Assembly (NCBI GenBank): GCA_965223325.1
Contig: CBDCWI010000001.1
Coordinates: 1,600,001 to 1,664,000, forward strand
Reading direction: 5' to 3'
DNA from: Candidatus Multivoradales bacterium
Lineage (GTDB): Bacteria; Acidobacteriota; Thermoanaerobaculia; Multivoradales; Multivoraceae
DNA: 64,000 nucleotides
Within the stretch, counting starts at the first letter, position 1, and every line of letters starts with the position of its first letter. The position numbers were made by a program, and so were the translations under genes. Under the pieces are notes generated by a model. It was not told where the DNA came from and made no database searches. It was given only the letters and a program-made list of their open reading frames with translations. Of this stretch, positions 15,822 to 27,346 are shown in pieces.

Positions 15822-17525
15822 TCACTCATCCCTACGTTGCGCTTGACGATTCTGTTTCAGGTTCGCCCCGGTGGCATCTCGAGGGTCTTCTTCCGTGGAG
15901 TCATCGAGCCCGGGGGAACGGCGAGCGACCATTGACGCGGTGATCAGGAGCCCCAGGCAGAGGCCAACCGCCAGCAGACTCGCGATCCGAATCCATCCAA
16001 CCAGATCGGCGGGTTGAAGTATTCCCTCCAGGGCGAGGGCGAAGTCGAAGCCGGTTCCGGCGTCGCTTCGCATCGCTTTGAGCGCCTGGAGAGCCGCGGT
16101 AACGAGAGTGGCGAACACCGTTGCCGCCACTCCGATCGCACCGCCACGCAAGAGCAACTGTTCCCGGGTGAGAGGCACAAGCGGCTCTGGCTCTCGCACC
16201 TCGAAGTGTGGTTCGCGCGTCCCCCAGGGCACGAAGCGGTGCAGCATGACGAGGCCTGGGATTCCGAGCACCATCGAAGCGATGAAGAACCAGGACCAGC
16301 CCGCCGCGTCGACGGTAAAGCCCGCGATCGGGCCCGAGAAGATGCGCCCCATACCGAAGAGCGTCGAAAACAGCGCGTACTGCGTCGCCGAGAAGCGTTT
16401 CTGGGTCATGCGCAGCAAGAGCACCGAGAAGGCTCCTGTCCCCATCCCCTGGCACAGAGTCTCGAAGCCCATTGCAATGACCATGGCGACGGTCGAATGC
16501 TCGGTATGCGCCAGGTACAGATACCCGACGTTGGAGAAGATCTGGAGGAGGCCGAACACCCAGAGGGCGCGACCCAGGCCCAGAAAGTTCGTACAAACGC
16601 CACCTAGAATCGCCCCTCCGATCTGGGTGAGCAACCCCACGGAGGAGAGCGCCACGCCACGTTCGGCAGCGGTGTAGCCCATGTCGACCAGGAACGGCCG
16701 CAGAAGCGACTGGGCGAAGTTGTCGGCGAACTTGAACAGTAGAACGAAGGCCAGAATCTCGAGCGCTCGGTCGCGCGACAGGAAGCCCACAAAGGGCTTC
16801 CAGATCGCCTCCGCCAGAGATGTCGGTTCGGGGTAGTCGATCTGTGGTTCGGGTGCGAAGGCGGTGATCATCAGCATCGGCACGTACAAAAGGCCGAGGC
16901 CAATGCAGACCGCTGACCATCCGAAGCGATCGGCAAGCGTAATCGCCGAGCCACCGGCGACGAACATCGCCACCCGGTACAGGCCGATGCGCGCGCCAAC
17001 CGCTACCCCCTGCTCTTCGCGCCGCAGGACATCCACCGCGTAACCGTCGATCGCAATGTCCTGAGAGGCCGCCGCAATACCGATCGCGAGAGCGAACGCA
17101 AAAACGACCAGTGGGGCGTTGGGGTCGTTGGCAACTCCTCCAAGGCCGATGGTGGCGAGCATCAAGCAAACCTGGGCCACCGCCGCCCAGCCACGCCGAC
17201 GGCCGAAGAAGGGCGGCCGCCACCTCTCCATGAGCGGCGCCCAGAGTACGTTGAACGTCCAGGGCACCTGGGCCAGGGTAAAGAGCCCGACGATCCTGAT
17301 ATCGACACCGGAGTCGGCAAGCCAGTCCGGTATCGCGATCCAGACGAAGCCGAGCGGCAAACCAGAGGAGAACGACAACAGAACCACAGCTGCCGTTCGC
17401 CATGACAAGAGGGCGTAGTAGAGGCTGGCGAGCGTTCCGGGACGCTTCTCCGTGGCTGCCTGGGACGGAACCGAGGACTGGTCTGGCGGCCCGGGATGAC
17501 CGTCGCGCTCTGGGTGGTCCGTCAT
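15822..17525 (-). CDS. ampG: AmpG family muropeptide MFS transporter with C-terminal membrane extension
   Basis: FSSGLPL, GRRRGW, ASQDIAIDGY, FSATQYALFS; start set at ATG 17525 to avoid overlap with the divergent gene. Confidence 0.88.
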   Translation of the reverse strand: MTDHPERDGHPGPPDQSSVPSQAATEKRPGTLASLYYALLSWRTAAVVLLSFSSGLPLGFVWIAIPDWLADSGVDIRIVGLFTLAQVPWTFNVLWAPLMERWRPPFFGRRRGWAAVAQVCLMLATIGLGGVANDPNAPLVVFAFALAIGIAAASQDIAIDGYAVDVLRREEQGVAVGARIGLYRVAMFVAGGSAITLADRFGWSAVCIGLGLLYVPMLMITAFAPEPQIDYPEPTSLAEAIWKPFVGFLSRDRALEILAFVLLFKFADNFAQSLLRPFLVDMGYTAAERGVALSSVGLLTQIGGAILGGVCTNFLGLGRALWVFGLLQIFSNVGYLYLAHTEHSTVAMVIAMGFETLCQGMGTGAFSVLLLRMTQKRFSATQYALFSTLFGMGRIFSGPIAGFTVDAAGWSWFFIASMVLGIPGLVMLHRFVPWGTREPHFEVREPEPLVPLTREQLLLRGGAIGVAATVFATLVTAALQALKAMRSDAGTGFDFALALEGILQPADLVGWIRIASLLAVGLCLGLLITASMVARRSPGLDDSTEEDPRDATGANLKQNRQAQRRDE

Positions 17526-17570
17526 CGCCCCGGATGGTACCCCGTGCGCGCGAGGTGAAGGTCGGGGATA

Positions 17571-18920
17571 ATGCCTCCGACCATGGAAATCCCGAGTATT
17601 CAGGACCTCGTCGGCCTGCCCGAAGCGGAGGCACGACGACAACGCTTCCTCGCCGAGAGCAGCCGTAGCTTGCGCTACATGGTGTTGGCGATCAGCATGG
17701 TTGGGCTCTTGTTCATCGTTCTGGGGCTGATGGAGGGGAGCTATACCAGGCTCATCGGTCCGGGCCTGGCGCTCGTTCTGGCGCGCTGGGTGTGGGTGTA
17801 CTGCGAGAGACCGTGGTTCCGCCGCTATTTCATGGTCATTGCGCCGCTCGTCATTCTCGCCGCCCTCGGCCTGGTGGTGGCGATGGTGCCCGATACCGAC
17901 ATGGGGCTTCGCCTCATCGGCCTGCTCGGGGTGATCCTGCTGGCGACGGGCTTTCGCCTGCCGTGGCAGGTTCACGTCCTGATTTTCGGCGTGCTGTGGG
18001 TAGGAACGCTCGGGCCGCCGACCTGGCAGGCCTATCGTGCCGGCGAACCGATCCTCGGCATGCGCGCGCTCATTCAGACCGCCGCCACCATCGCGGGCGC
18101 GTACTTCGCCCTGACCGCTACCGCCCGTGACACGGCGAGCTTCGTGCGCCGCTACCGGATCGAGAGTTCGCGCAACCGCGAGCGCTTGCGCATGCGCGAG
18201 GAGCTCGACTCAGCCCGTCAGATTCAACTGAGCATGTTGCCCCGGCGAGACCCCAAGCTCGAGGGCTTAACGCTCGCAGCGGTCTCGCTTCCCGCAACGG
18301 AAGTCGGGGGCGACTATTACGAGTACTTCCTGCACGATAAGCGGCACTTCACTCTGGTCGTGGGTGACGTCGCCGGACATGGGGTCGCCAGTGGCTTGAT
18401 GTTGTCGGGTCTACGGAGCTGCCTCCACTTGATGCAGAGCGATCTGCCAACGCCCGCCGACTCACTCGAAAAACTGCACTACATGGTCCGCCAGACAACC
18501 GACCCGCGGATGTTCATCACCCTCCTGTTTGCAGCCGTCGACACCGAGGAACGTGTTGCGACGGTCGCCACTGGCGGGCACCCTCCCCTCCTTCACTACG
18601 ACCGCGCCGCCAACGAGGTCCGCGAAATCGGAATTCATGCGCCACCGCTCGGCACCGTCCTGGAGAGCCGCTTCTTCGAACAAGAGGTCCGTTGGAACAG
18701 CGGCGACGTGCTGATCGCCTACACAGACGGCGTCACCGAAACGGCCAATTCCCGGGGCGAGCTCTACGGCGATGAACGCCTGCAGGAGCGCCTCTCGCGA
18801 GTCGGCCAACAGAAGTCGGCCCGCGAGATCCGCGAGGCGCTGCTCTCGGATGTCTGGACCTGGAAGGGCGATGCCGAGCAGCTCGACGACATCACCCTGG
18901 TCGTCTTGCGCGCCGACTGA
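17571..18920 (+). CDS. Membrane-anchored PP2C/SpoIIE (RsbU-like) phosphatase
   Basis: About 6 TM segments, then ARQIQ, VGGDYY, GDVAGHG, YTDGVTE, DDITL. Confidence 0.92.
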   Translation: MPPTMEIPSIQDLVGLPEAEARRQRFLAESSRSLRYMVLAISMVGLLFIVLGLMEGSYTRLIGPGLALVLARWVWVYCERPWFRRYFMVIAPLVILAALGLVVAMVPDTDMGLRLIGLLGVILLATGFRLPWQVHVLIFGVLWVGTLGPPTWQAYRAGEPILGMRALIQTAATIAGAYFALTATARDTASFVRRYRIESSRNRERLRMREELDSARQIQLSMLPRRDPKLEGLTLAAVSLPATEVGGDYYEYFLHDKRHFTLVVGDVAGHGVASGLMLSGLRSCLHLMQSDLPTPADSLEKLHYMVRQTTDPRMFITLLFAAVDTEERVATVATGGHPPLLHYDRAANEVREIGIHAPPLGTVLESRFFEQEVRWNSGDVLIAYTDGVTETANSRGELYGDERLQERLSRVGQQKSAREIREALLSDVWTWKGDAEQLDDITLVVLRAD

Positions 18921-18953
18921 GGCGGCCCGTCGCTGGAGCCGAGAACCTGCCCC

Positions 18954-19814
18954 GTGACCCACTCCTCCTCGAGAAGGCTACGAAGCGGCTTCGCCACGGC
19001 CGAAGCTTCGGGGCAGGTACTACAGCTGGCGACCCGCCGCGCCCCAGACACCGAAAGCGCCGGGCCCAGAGAGCCGACGCTCCTCTGGGTCCACGGGCTG
19101 GGAGAGTCGGTCCTGGGTTTCGAACCACTTCTCGCTTCGCCAGCGCTCTCCCATCGCCGGCAGGTCGCCATCGACCTGCCGGGCTATGGCAGGAGTCCCT
19201 GGCTGGAGACTCCCCTCGGCCTCGATGAGCACGCCCAGGTGGTCGCACAGGTCATTCAACAGGAAACTGTGCGACACGCGGCGGGGGTGATCGTCATCGG
19301 GCATTCGATGGGCGGCGTCATCGGCACACTGCTCGCCGAGTCGCAATGCCCGGGACTGGTAGGACTGGTCAATCTGGAGGGCAACATCTCGGCTGGTGAC
19401 TGCGTCCAGAGTCGTCGGGCGGTGGAGTGGAGCGCTCCTGACTTCGAGCACCACGGCCACGGCGCTCTGCTCAACGAGTTCTTCGACGCGGCGCGCGAAG
19501 ACCCTTCCCATCGCAGCTACTGGCCGAGTGCGCGCCTGGCTGACCCGCGCGCTTTCTATCGCAACGCTTCTGAACTCGTCGAGCTCTCCGACGGCGAAGG
19601 CCTGGCGGCGCGGTTTGCCGCACTGGCTGTTCCGACCGCATTCATTCACGGCTATCCAGAGGGCCTGGCACCGCGTTCGATCGAGCTCTTGCAGGCCGTT
19701 GGCGTTCGGCCGTTGGTCGTCGAGCCAGCTGGGCACTGGCCCTGGATCGACCGACCTCGAGACTTTCTCGCGGTGCTCGAAAGGGCTCTCGATGCGGTCT
19801 CGGCGGGCGGCTGA
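18954..19814 (+). CDS. Alpha/beta hydrolase
   Basis: VHGLG, DLPGYGRS, GHSMGG nucleophile elbow, AGHWP. Confidence 0.9.
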   Translation: MTHSSSRRLRSGFATAEASGQVLQLATRRAPDTESAGPREPTLLWVHGLGESVLGFEPLLASPALSHRRQVAIDLPGYGRSPWLETPLGLDEHAQVVAQVIQQETVRHAAGVIVIGHSMGGVIGTLLAESQCPGLVGLVNLEGNISAGDCVQSRRAVEWSAPDFEHHGHGALLNEFFDAAREDPSHRSYWPSARLADPRAFYRNASELVELSDGEGLAARFAALAVPTAFIHGYPEGLAPRSIELLQAVGVRPLVVEPAGHWPWIDRPRDFLAVLERALDAVSAGG

Positions 19815-19909
19815 GCTGCAACGAGTAATTCTGTTATATATTCAAAAACTCTTAGGTGCTCGTCGCCTCGCTCTTCCCGCTCCTCGAATTGACCCGTTGA
19901 GACCGCCTC

Positions 19910-20341
19910 ATGCCCGCGCCCACGACCGACGACACACTCGCCCCGAAGACACTCGAGCCCTCGACCCTGACCGTCCTGGTCGTCGATGACGAAGAGCCCA
20001 TCCTCCAGTTTGCCGAAGCGGCGCTCGAGCTGCGGGGTTTCTCGGTGCTCACGGCATCGTGCGGGCGGGAGGCCATTGAAAGAAGCCGGAGCTTCGACGG
20101 TGAGATTGCGCTCTTTCTGATCGACGTGGTGATGCCCGACTGCAACGGTCCCGAACTCGCCGAGGAACTCCGCCAGACGCGACCCGACGCGCGAGTGATC
20201 TTCACTTCAGGCTACGGGCTCGGGGCAGAGAAGGCTCTCGAGCAGCGCGCCAAGAACGCGATCTATCTGCGCAAGCCGTTCGGCATCAACCAACTGGACC
20301 AGCACATCCAAAAGGCGATGGCACCCGAGCCAGAGGCCTAG
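19910..20341 (+). CDS. Single-domain response regulator receiver
   Basis: VLVVDD, IDVVMP (phospho-Asp), TSGY, KPF. Confidence 0.92.
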   Translation: MPAPTTDDTLAPKTLEPSTLTVLVVDDEEPILQFAEAALELRGFSVLTASCGREAIERSRSFDGEIALFLIDVVMPDCNGPELAEELRQTRPDARVIFTSGYGLGAEKALEQRAKNAIYLRKPFGINQLDQHIQKAMAPEPEA

Positions 20342-20350
20342 GAACCAGGC

Positions 20351-21385
20351 CTAGCGCGCGACCTGTCCTGGTTCGAGAGCCTTCTGGGGAGTCTTGGGTT
20401 CGTCTGGATAGAGGCCGGCAAGGTACGCGCCGTAACCGTTGAAAAGCGGTGTCTTGAAGGGTTCCTGGGTCTCGAGCCAGAAGGACTCAGCCTGGCTCCA
20501 GCGAGGGTGGGGAATGTTGGGATTGATGTTCGACAGGAAGCCGTACTCGTGGGCCTGCATCTGCCAGAAGAACGGTGGCTGCTCGGCCGTCAGCTCGATC
20601 TTCACGATCGACTTCGGGTTCTTGTAGCCGTACTTCCAGGGCACCACGATCCTCACCGGCGCACCATGTTGGCGCGGCAGCGGTTCACCGTAGATGCCGG
20701 TAGCCACCAGAGCGAGCTCGTTCATTGCCTCGTCGAGCCGGAGAGCCTCGTGGTACGGCCAGGGGTAGTAGTCGGCCTGCTTCAAGCCGGGCATCTGCTT
20801 GGGGCGTTCGGCAGACACGAAGCGCACGAACTTCGCCTCGGCTTTGGGTTCGGCCCTGGCAATGAGGCTGGCCAACGGGAAACCGCTCCAGGGTACGTTC
20901 ATCGCCCAGCGCTCAACACAGCGAAAGTGGTAGAGGCGCTCTTCGTGCGGAAAGCTGAAGATGTCGTCGAGGTCGAGCGTCAACGGTTTGTTGACGAGGC
21001 CGGTGACTTCGAGCTTCCAGGGTTCGACCTCGTACTTGTCGGTGAACTGCCACACCGGCCCGCCGCGGCCGGGAAGGAACTCGTAGAAGTTGTTGTGCTG
21101 CGCGGCGACCAGGCGATCGGTCACCTGGCTGGGCACTCCCTCGGGGAGGGTGTACTTTTCGTTTCGTTGGGCCGGAAAGACCTTTTCCCGCGCAAAGGGG
21201 ATGGAGAGAATCTTATTGGCTTGTGCCTCGCTGATCGCCGGCGGCTGTTGCCGTGGAAGCGCGATCGACGCGCCCGCCGCTGCGGTCCCGACAGCCATGC
21301 CGGCGAGAACCTGACGACGGTTGTAGAAGACCTCGGGGGCGGTGGGCTCGAGGTGGGGCAACCCGATGGGGGAGAAGCTCTTCAT
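20351..21385 (-). CDS. msrP: Protein-methionine-sulfoxide reductase catalytic subunit MsrP
   Basis: Tat-like NRRQVL, NNFYEF, FRCVERW, HGAPVRIVVPWKYGYK, HPRWSQ. Confidence 0.92.
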   Translation of the reverse strand: MKSFSPIGLPHLEPTAPEVFYNRRQVLAGMAVGTAAAGASIALPRQQPPAISEAQANKILSIPFAREKVFPAQRNEKYTLPEGVPSQVTDRLVAAQHNNFYEFLPGRGGPVWQFTDKYEVEPWKLEVTGLVNKPLTLDLDDIFSFPHEERLYHFRCVERWAMNVPWSGFPLASLIARAEPKAEAKFVRFVSAERPKQMPGLKQADYYPWPYHEALRLDEAMNELALVATGIYGEPLPRQHGAPVRIVVPWKYGYKNPKSIVKIELTAEQPPFFWQMQAHEYGFLSNINPNIPHPRWSQAESFWLETQEPFKTPLFNGYGAYLAGLYPDEPKTPQKALEPGQVAR

Positions 21386-21426
21386 GTCGCGGATTCCTCT
21401 CGTAGCGGAAACGTTCACTCAGCGGA

Positions 21427-22280
21427 TCAGCTCGCCGCTTGCAGTGCCTTTGCATGGTATTCGAGATGCTCGTCGATGAACGTCGACACGTAGTAGTAGC
21501 CATGGTCGTAGCCCGGCCGTATGCGCAGGTCGAGGTCGTGACCGTGCTCCCGGCAGACCTGCTCGAGGGTGTCGATACCGAGCTGTTCCTCGAGGAAAGA
21601 GTCGGCACCACCCTGGTCGACAAGGAGGGTTTGAGGCTCGGCAGCTGTTCGGAGCAACTCGCAGGCATCCCAGGCCGCCCAGGTCGAGCGGTCTTCGCCC
21701 AGGTAGCCGGAGAAGGCTTTTTGGCCCCAGGGGCATTCGCTGGGAGCTGAGATCGGCGCAAAGGCGGACACTGCGCGGTAGCGGCCCGGATTGCGCAGTG
21801 CTACCACCAGTGCCCCGTGTCCGCCCATCGAGTGACCGCTGACCGAGGTCCGTCGGTGATCGAGGGCGAGGTCTGAGGTGGCGAGCACACTGGGCAGTTC
21901 TTGGGTCACGTAGTCGAACATGCGGTAGTGGCGGTCGAAGGGCGACTCGGTCGCGTTGACGTAGAACCCCGCGCCGGTGCCGAAATCCCAATCCAGGTCT
22001 TCTCCCGGGGTTTCGGTTCCACGGGGCGAGGTGTCAGGCGCGACGAGAGCAAGACCCAGGCGAGCCGCCATTCGCTGCGCGCCTGCCTTCACCATGAAGT
22101 TCTCATCGGTACAGGTGAGTCCCGAGAGCCAAAGAAGCATCGGCACCGCATGCTCTTCGGCGGCCGGTGGCAAGTAGACCCCGAACGTCATGTCGCAACC
22201 GACGGTCTCGGCAGTGTGCTTGAAGCGCAGGTAGCGCCCGTCGAACGAACGGCTCTCGTTGATCGTCTCGAGTGCTGGCA

Positions 22281-22281
<1 letters not shown>
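21427..22281 (-). CDS. fghA: S-formylglutathione hydrolase
   Basis: WLSGLTC, APDTSPRG, GAGFYVNAT, GHSMGGHG, GYDHGYY. Confidence 0.95.
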
Positions 22282-23399
<1,118 letters not shown>

Positions 23400-23565
23400 T
23401 CATCGGTCGACTCCCGGCCAGATCCTCGTTGAACAGACATGAGGACCAGCAGGAAGTTGCTGTTCTTGCTCCTAGGGGTTCCGCTGCAGTGTCCCACAAA
23501 CACTGGCATGAGCGACCGTTCGCAGGCCCTTGCCCCTCACCGCGGGCGATAGCGAACTCGCAATA

Positions 23566-23578
23566 TGCTAAAATAGCA
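23566..23578 (+). promoter_or_regulatory. Candidate extended -10 promoter (TGcTAAAAT) inside a short inverted repeat TGCTA-N3-TAGCA
   Basis: AT-rich patch in the divergent frmA / PKD-gene intergenic region. Confidence 0.35.
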
Positions 23579-23630
23579 ATTCAATCTGGCGCCCTCAGCG
23601 CCCGGAGGTTTCCCAGAATCACCCCAGTCA

Positions 23631-23674
23631 ATTGCCCGGGCATTGCCCGGGAGTTGCCCGGGAGCTGCCCGGGA
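23631..23674. repeat. Four tandem 11-bp repeats with TGCCCGGG core
   Basis: ATTGCCCGGGC ATTGCCCGGGA GTTGCCCGGGA GCTGCCCGGGA. Confidence 0.9.
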
Positions 23675-23777
23675 GTGGGCCGCCTTGCTTTCCCTTCCCC
23701 CCTGCCCCTACATTCTCCTCCCTCGTTCCTCGTTTTCTCGCTGACGGCCGCTGGTCGTTTGGCACAGGAGACTCTGC

Positions 23778-25766
23778 TTGAAAGTGTGTCCTCAGAACTC
23801 CGTCCGCCGGGCGCACCGGGCGTTCCCCCGCCGCCGGCTCCTCGTCTGCCTTCTCGTCGTGAGCGGCACCCTCGTGGCGTCCTACACCGGTGCACAGTGC
23901 ACCAACTGCACGCCGGCCACCCCGGTTCCACCGGATCGCTGGGGTGAGCTCGAGCCGCGCGATATCACCATCGATACGACGTTCTTCAACTTCCAGAGTG
24001 AACCGGGCTGCGCCGAACCGATGCCGCATGACGTCGAGGTCGAAGGCGGCAGGATGTTCGTTGCCGCCGGCAATAGCGTCCTGGCCTACAAGCTCAATCC
24101 AACCCCCGGAACTCCGCGGCCCATCGGCGATGGCCTCTGTCGTCCGGTCCTCGGTACGTGGAAGCACACCGATCAGGACTTCTACATCAACGAGGTAGAG
24201 GCTGCTCCAGGTCGCGGTGACTGGGTCGTTGCAGGGATCGACGGCGGCATGGGGGTGATCATGGCCAAGGTCACCAACAGCAGCATGACCTTGATGTACC
24301 AGGACGAGGGCCGCATCGGCGTTGGCAGCGGCGAGGTACTGAGCGTCGTCGACCTGCACGCCACCAGCGTCGGCGGCCGTGACATCGCCTATGCATCGGC
24401 GTCATCGAGCCAACGCATTCTGGCCTACGACATCACTGCGGCCCGGTCTCTCGAGCGCACCTGCCACGAGGGGTCGCAAAACAACAACATCCGCTGCGCC
24501 GGCGTCTACCGCGGCGTCGTCAGATCTTCTGGCAACAACGTACTGAGCCGGCGCAAGATCGCCGGCACGGGGCGTTTCCTGCTGACGGTCAATTCGGGCA
24601 TCGTCACTGTATACGAGTTCCGCACCAACAATCCGACGAACGCAACGCTCCTCGGCAACGGTGGAAGCGCACCGCTCGACTTCGACATGTGGGAGCACGG
24701 CGGCCGTGTCTTCTACGCTCTCGCCCACGGTCAAGAAGTCTCTATCTGGGAGGTCCCCTGCCCCGGCGGAACCTGCGGTGCTCCGGTTCTCCTCAGCACC
24801 ATCGACACGCCGGGCGGCCTGAACGCCGTCAACTCGCGCACGCCGACCAACAAGGTCCGTGCGTCGATCGGCAACGGCTCACCGTTCTTGTTCGCGGGTT
24901 CGAACCAGCGCCTCGGCAGAGGACCCCAGCGGGAGTACCTCTTCGACATGAGTGATGTCGAAGAACCCCGCGAGATCACGCCCCAGACCAGTGAAGACGG
25001 CTACTGGGGGTGGTACTACCAGGACAACGCGACCGGCTTTCACAACGTCGCTCCGCGTGCCGGCGTCGTGTGGAGCAACCACTTCTATCGTGCCGCCTGG
25101 TCGATTCTCGATGTTCACGAGATTCTCGGCCCGGTGCCGCCCGAGACCCGGATTGGACTGCCCTCCGGCCTGGTCTACGGCGGCGACACCGTCGAACTGC
25201 AAGACCTCTCGAGCGGGTCGCCGACCTCGTGGGCCTGGGACTTCAAGGACAACGGCACCGTCGACAGCACCGAGCAGCATCCAACGTGGACGGTTCCCGA
25301 AAGCAGCACCTACCCTCGTGGCTGGCCGATTCGTCTGACCGCCTGCAACCAGTACGGCTGCGCCGATTCGCTCGTCAATCTGGTCGCTCACGATCCGGCG
25401 GTACCCGAGATCTCCATCGATGAGTTTCGCGCCATCGCGTTTTGCAGCGTTGGTCGATGCTTTGTCGACCAGGGCGCAGAAATCGAGTTCCGCCAGCAGT
25501 TCACCGGCAGCCCAACGCGTTACGACTACGACTGGGACGGCGACGGTCACTTCGAAGACGCCGGGAACCCGGTCCCCAAGACGCATCACACCTACTACAC
25601 AGCCGGCAGCTTCACCCCGCGCATGCGTGCCCGGCGGAGTACCGTCGAGGTCGAGCGTGGGCACGCCGGGACGATGGAAGTCGCATCCGTACAGGGCGCA
25701 CCAATCTTTGCCGACGGCTTCGAATCGAGCGGCTTGAGCGAGTGGACAACCTCGCAACCAGAGTAG
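23778..25766 (+). CDS. Secreted beta-rich protein with PKD domains and C-terminal IFADGFES motif
   Basis: Signal peptide; DLSSGSPTSWAWDF and YDWDGDG..HTY..G.F.P PKD motifs; many paired Cys. Confidence 0.8.
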   Translation: MKVCPQNSVRRAHRAFPRRRLLVCLLVVSGTLVASYTGAQCTNCTPATPVPPDRWGELEPRDITIDTTFFNFQSEPGCAEPMPHDVEVEGGRMFVAAGNSVLAYKLNPTPGTPRPIGDGLCRPVLGTWKHTDQDFYINEVEAAPGRGDWVVAGIDGGMGVIMAKVTNSSMTLMYQDEGRIGVGSGEVLSVVDLHATSVGGRDIAYASASSSQRILAYDITAARSLERTCHEGSQNNNIRCAGVYRGVVRSSGNNVLSRRKIAGTGRFLLTVNSGIVTVYEFRTNNPTNATLLGNGGSAPLDFDMWEHGGRVFYALAHGQEVSIWEVPCPGGTCGAPVLLSTIDTPGGLNAVNSRTPTNKVRASIGNGSPFLFAGSNQRLGRGPQREYLFDMSDVEEPREITPQTSEDGYWGWYYQDNATGFHNVAPRAGVVWSNHFYRAAWSILDVHEILGPVPPETRIGLPSGLVYGGDTVELQDLSSGSPTSWAWDFKDNGTVDSTEQHPTWTVPESSTYPRGWPIRLTACNQYGCADSLVNLVAHDPAVPEISIDEFRAIAFCSVGRCFVDQGAEIEFRQQFTGSPTRYDYDWDGDGHFEDAGNPVPKTHHTYYTAGSFTPRMRARRSTVEVERGHAGTMEVASVQGAPIFADGFESSGLSEWTTSQPE

Positions 25767-25782
25767 GCCGCCAGCCGGAGAC

Positions 25783-27321
25783 TCAGAGCAGAGGTGCGAA
25801 GAGCCCGGCGGTGTTCTCGATCAGGCGCGCCCAGAGCGGTCGCTGGATAAACGAATCACCATCGACGCGCGTGCTGTTCTCGAGATAGGAAAGCTGAACG
25901 TCGCGCAGTCTAGCGGTGAAGTCCGGGTCTGCGACCACCATCGAAACCTCGTAGTTCAGTTCATAGCTGCGGCGATCGAGGTTGGCCGTCGCGACCACAG
26001 AAATGAGACCGTCAAAGCAGAAGGTCTTGGCGTGCAGTAACCCATCGGTGTACTCGAAGATCTCGACACCGGCCTCGAGCAGGTCCTCGTAGTACGAACG
26101 ACTGGCCGCAGAAACCAGGCGCGAGTCGTTGACTCGCGGCACGACGAGCAGGGTGCGCACGCCACCGCGCGCCACCGCCGCGAGCGCGGTGGCCGTAGCA
26201 TCGTCGGGAACGAAGTAGGGCGTCGTGAGAATCAGCTCGTGGTCGGTTTCGAGAAAGCCCATGAGGGTGACCTCCTTCATCGCCTTGCTCTCGACACTCG
26301 GACCGGAAGGCAGAATCTGAACCACGACTCCGTCCTCGCTTGGTGCGGGCCGCTCCGTCATCAGATCTTCGGGAGTTCCGCCGCATTCGAACATCCAGTC
26401 TTCGACGAAAATGCGCTGCAGGTCATGGACCGCCGGTCCGTCGACACGCACCATGATGTCGATCCACGGCGCAAAGCGCGCTTTGACCGCAAACGACGGG
26501 TCGGCGAGGTTCTGGCTCCCCGTCCACGCGACCTTGCCGTCGAGAACCGCGATCTTGCGGTGGTTGCGGAAGTCGAAGCGGCTGAAAAGAGCCGCCAGCG
26601 GGTTGACCGGCAGGGCGGCACTCACCTCGACACCCGCTTCGACCATCCGGCGACGAAGCGAAGAGCGCAGGAAGGGTCGCGAACCGATCCAGTCGACGAG
26701 AACCCGGCAAGCCACACCGCGGGCCGCCGCCCGCATCAACGCCTCGCCCACCAACGTTCCTGTCGTATCGTCGAGATAGATGTAGAACAACAGGTGACAG
26801 CTGGCCGAGGCGTCGTCGATGTCGTCGATGAGTCGGCGCAAGGCGGCGGTGATGTCAGCCTCTCGGGCTCCATCGGCGTAGAGCTCGAGACGGTTGCCGC
26901 CGCACGGTCGCATACCTCCCAGCGCCTCGATCAGCCGCGCGCCTTTTCGCAGCTCGGCAGCCTCGATTTCGACCCGGTCACCCAGCGGGCGAGGTGCCTG
27001 CTCAGCGTATTGATCGACCTGTTCGACCAGGCCGCGGTGGGCGCGCGACCGTCGACGATCGCGCACTCGCCCGAACCGTAGGTACAGAATCCCGCCCACG
27101 AAGGGGAGCAACACGATCAACAGCAACCAGGCAATGCGCGTCGGTCCGGTCATCGAGCGCCGCGAGAGAAGGTAGCCGGCGACTCCCGCGATGAACAACG
27201 CGTGGCCAACAACGGCCAGGACACCGCCGGCGGCAGCCCAGAAGGTCCCAGAGCTCGCGGTCAGGAGGCCGAACGGCGCTGGCAACGCGATGGAGAGGAG
27301 GAGCAACACCGAAGTGGTCAC
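25783..27321 (-). CDS. cls: Cardiolipin synthase
   Basis: N-terminal TM/PLDc_N; two HKD motifs (HRKIAVLD, HAKTFCFD). Confidence 0.93.
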   Translation of the reverse strand: MTTSVLLLLSIALPAPFGLLTASSGTFWAAAGGVLAVVGHALFIAGVAGYLLSRRSMTGPTRIAWLLLIVLLPFVGGILYLRFGRVRDRRRSRAHRGLVEQVDQYAEQAPRPLGDRVEIEAAELRKGARLIEALGGMRPCGGNRLELYADGAREADITAALRRLIDDIDDASASCHLLFYIYLDDTTGTLVGEALMRAAARGVACRVLVDWIGSRPFLRSSLRRRMVEAGVEVSAALPVNPLAALFSRFDFRNHRKIAVLDGKVAWTGSQNLADPSFAVKARFAPWIDIMVRVDGPAVHDLQRIFVEDWMFECGGTPEDLMTERPAPSEDGVVVQILPSGPSVESKAMKEVTLMGFLETDHELILTTPYFVPDDATATALAAVARGGVRTLLVVPRVNDSRLVSAASRSYYEDLLEAGVEIFEYTDGLLHAKTFCFDGLISVVATANLDRRSYELNYEVSMVVADPDFTARLRDVQLSYLENSTRVDGDSFIQRPLWARLIENTAGLFAPLL

Positions 27322-27346
27322 TAGTTTGCTGTCGCCCTACTTCGAC

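Noticed and set aside
23759-23780. Sigma-54 promoter (TTGGCAC...TGC)
   Set aside because: The GG-to-GC spacing is 13 nt rather than the required 10
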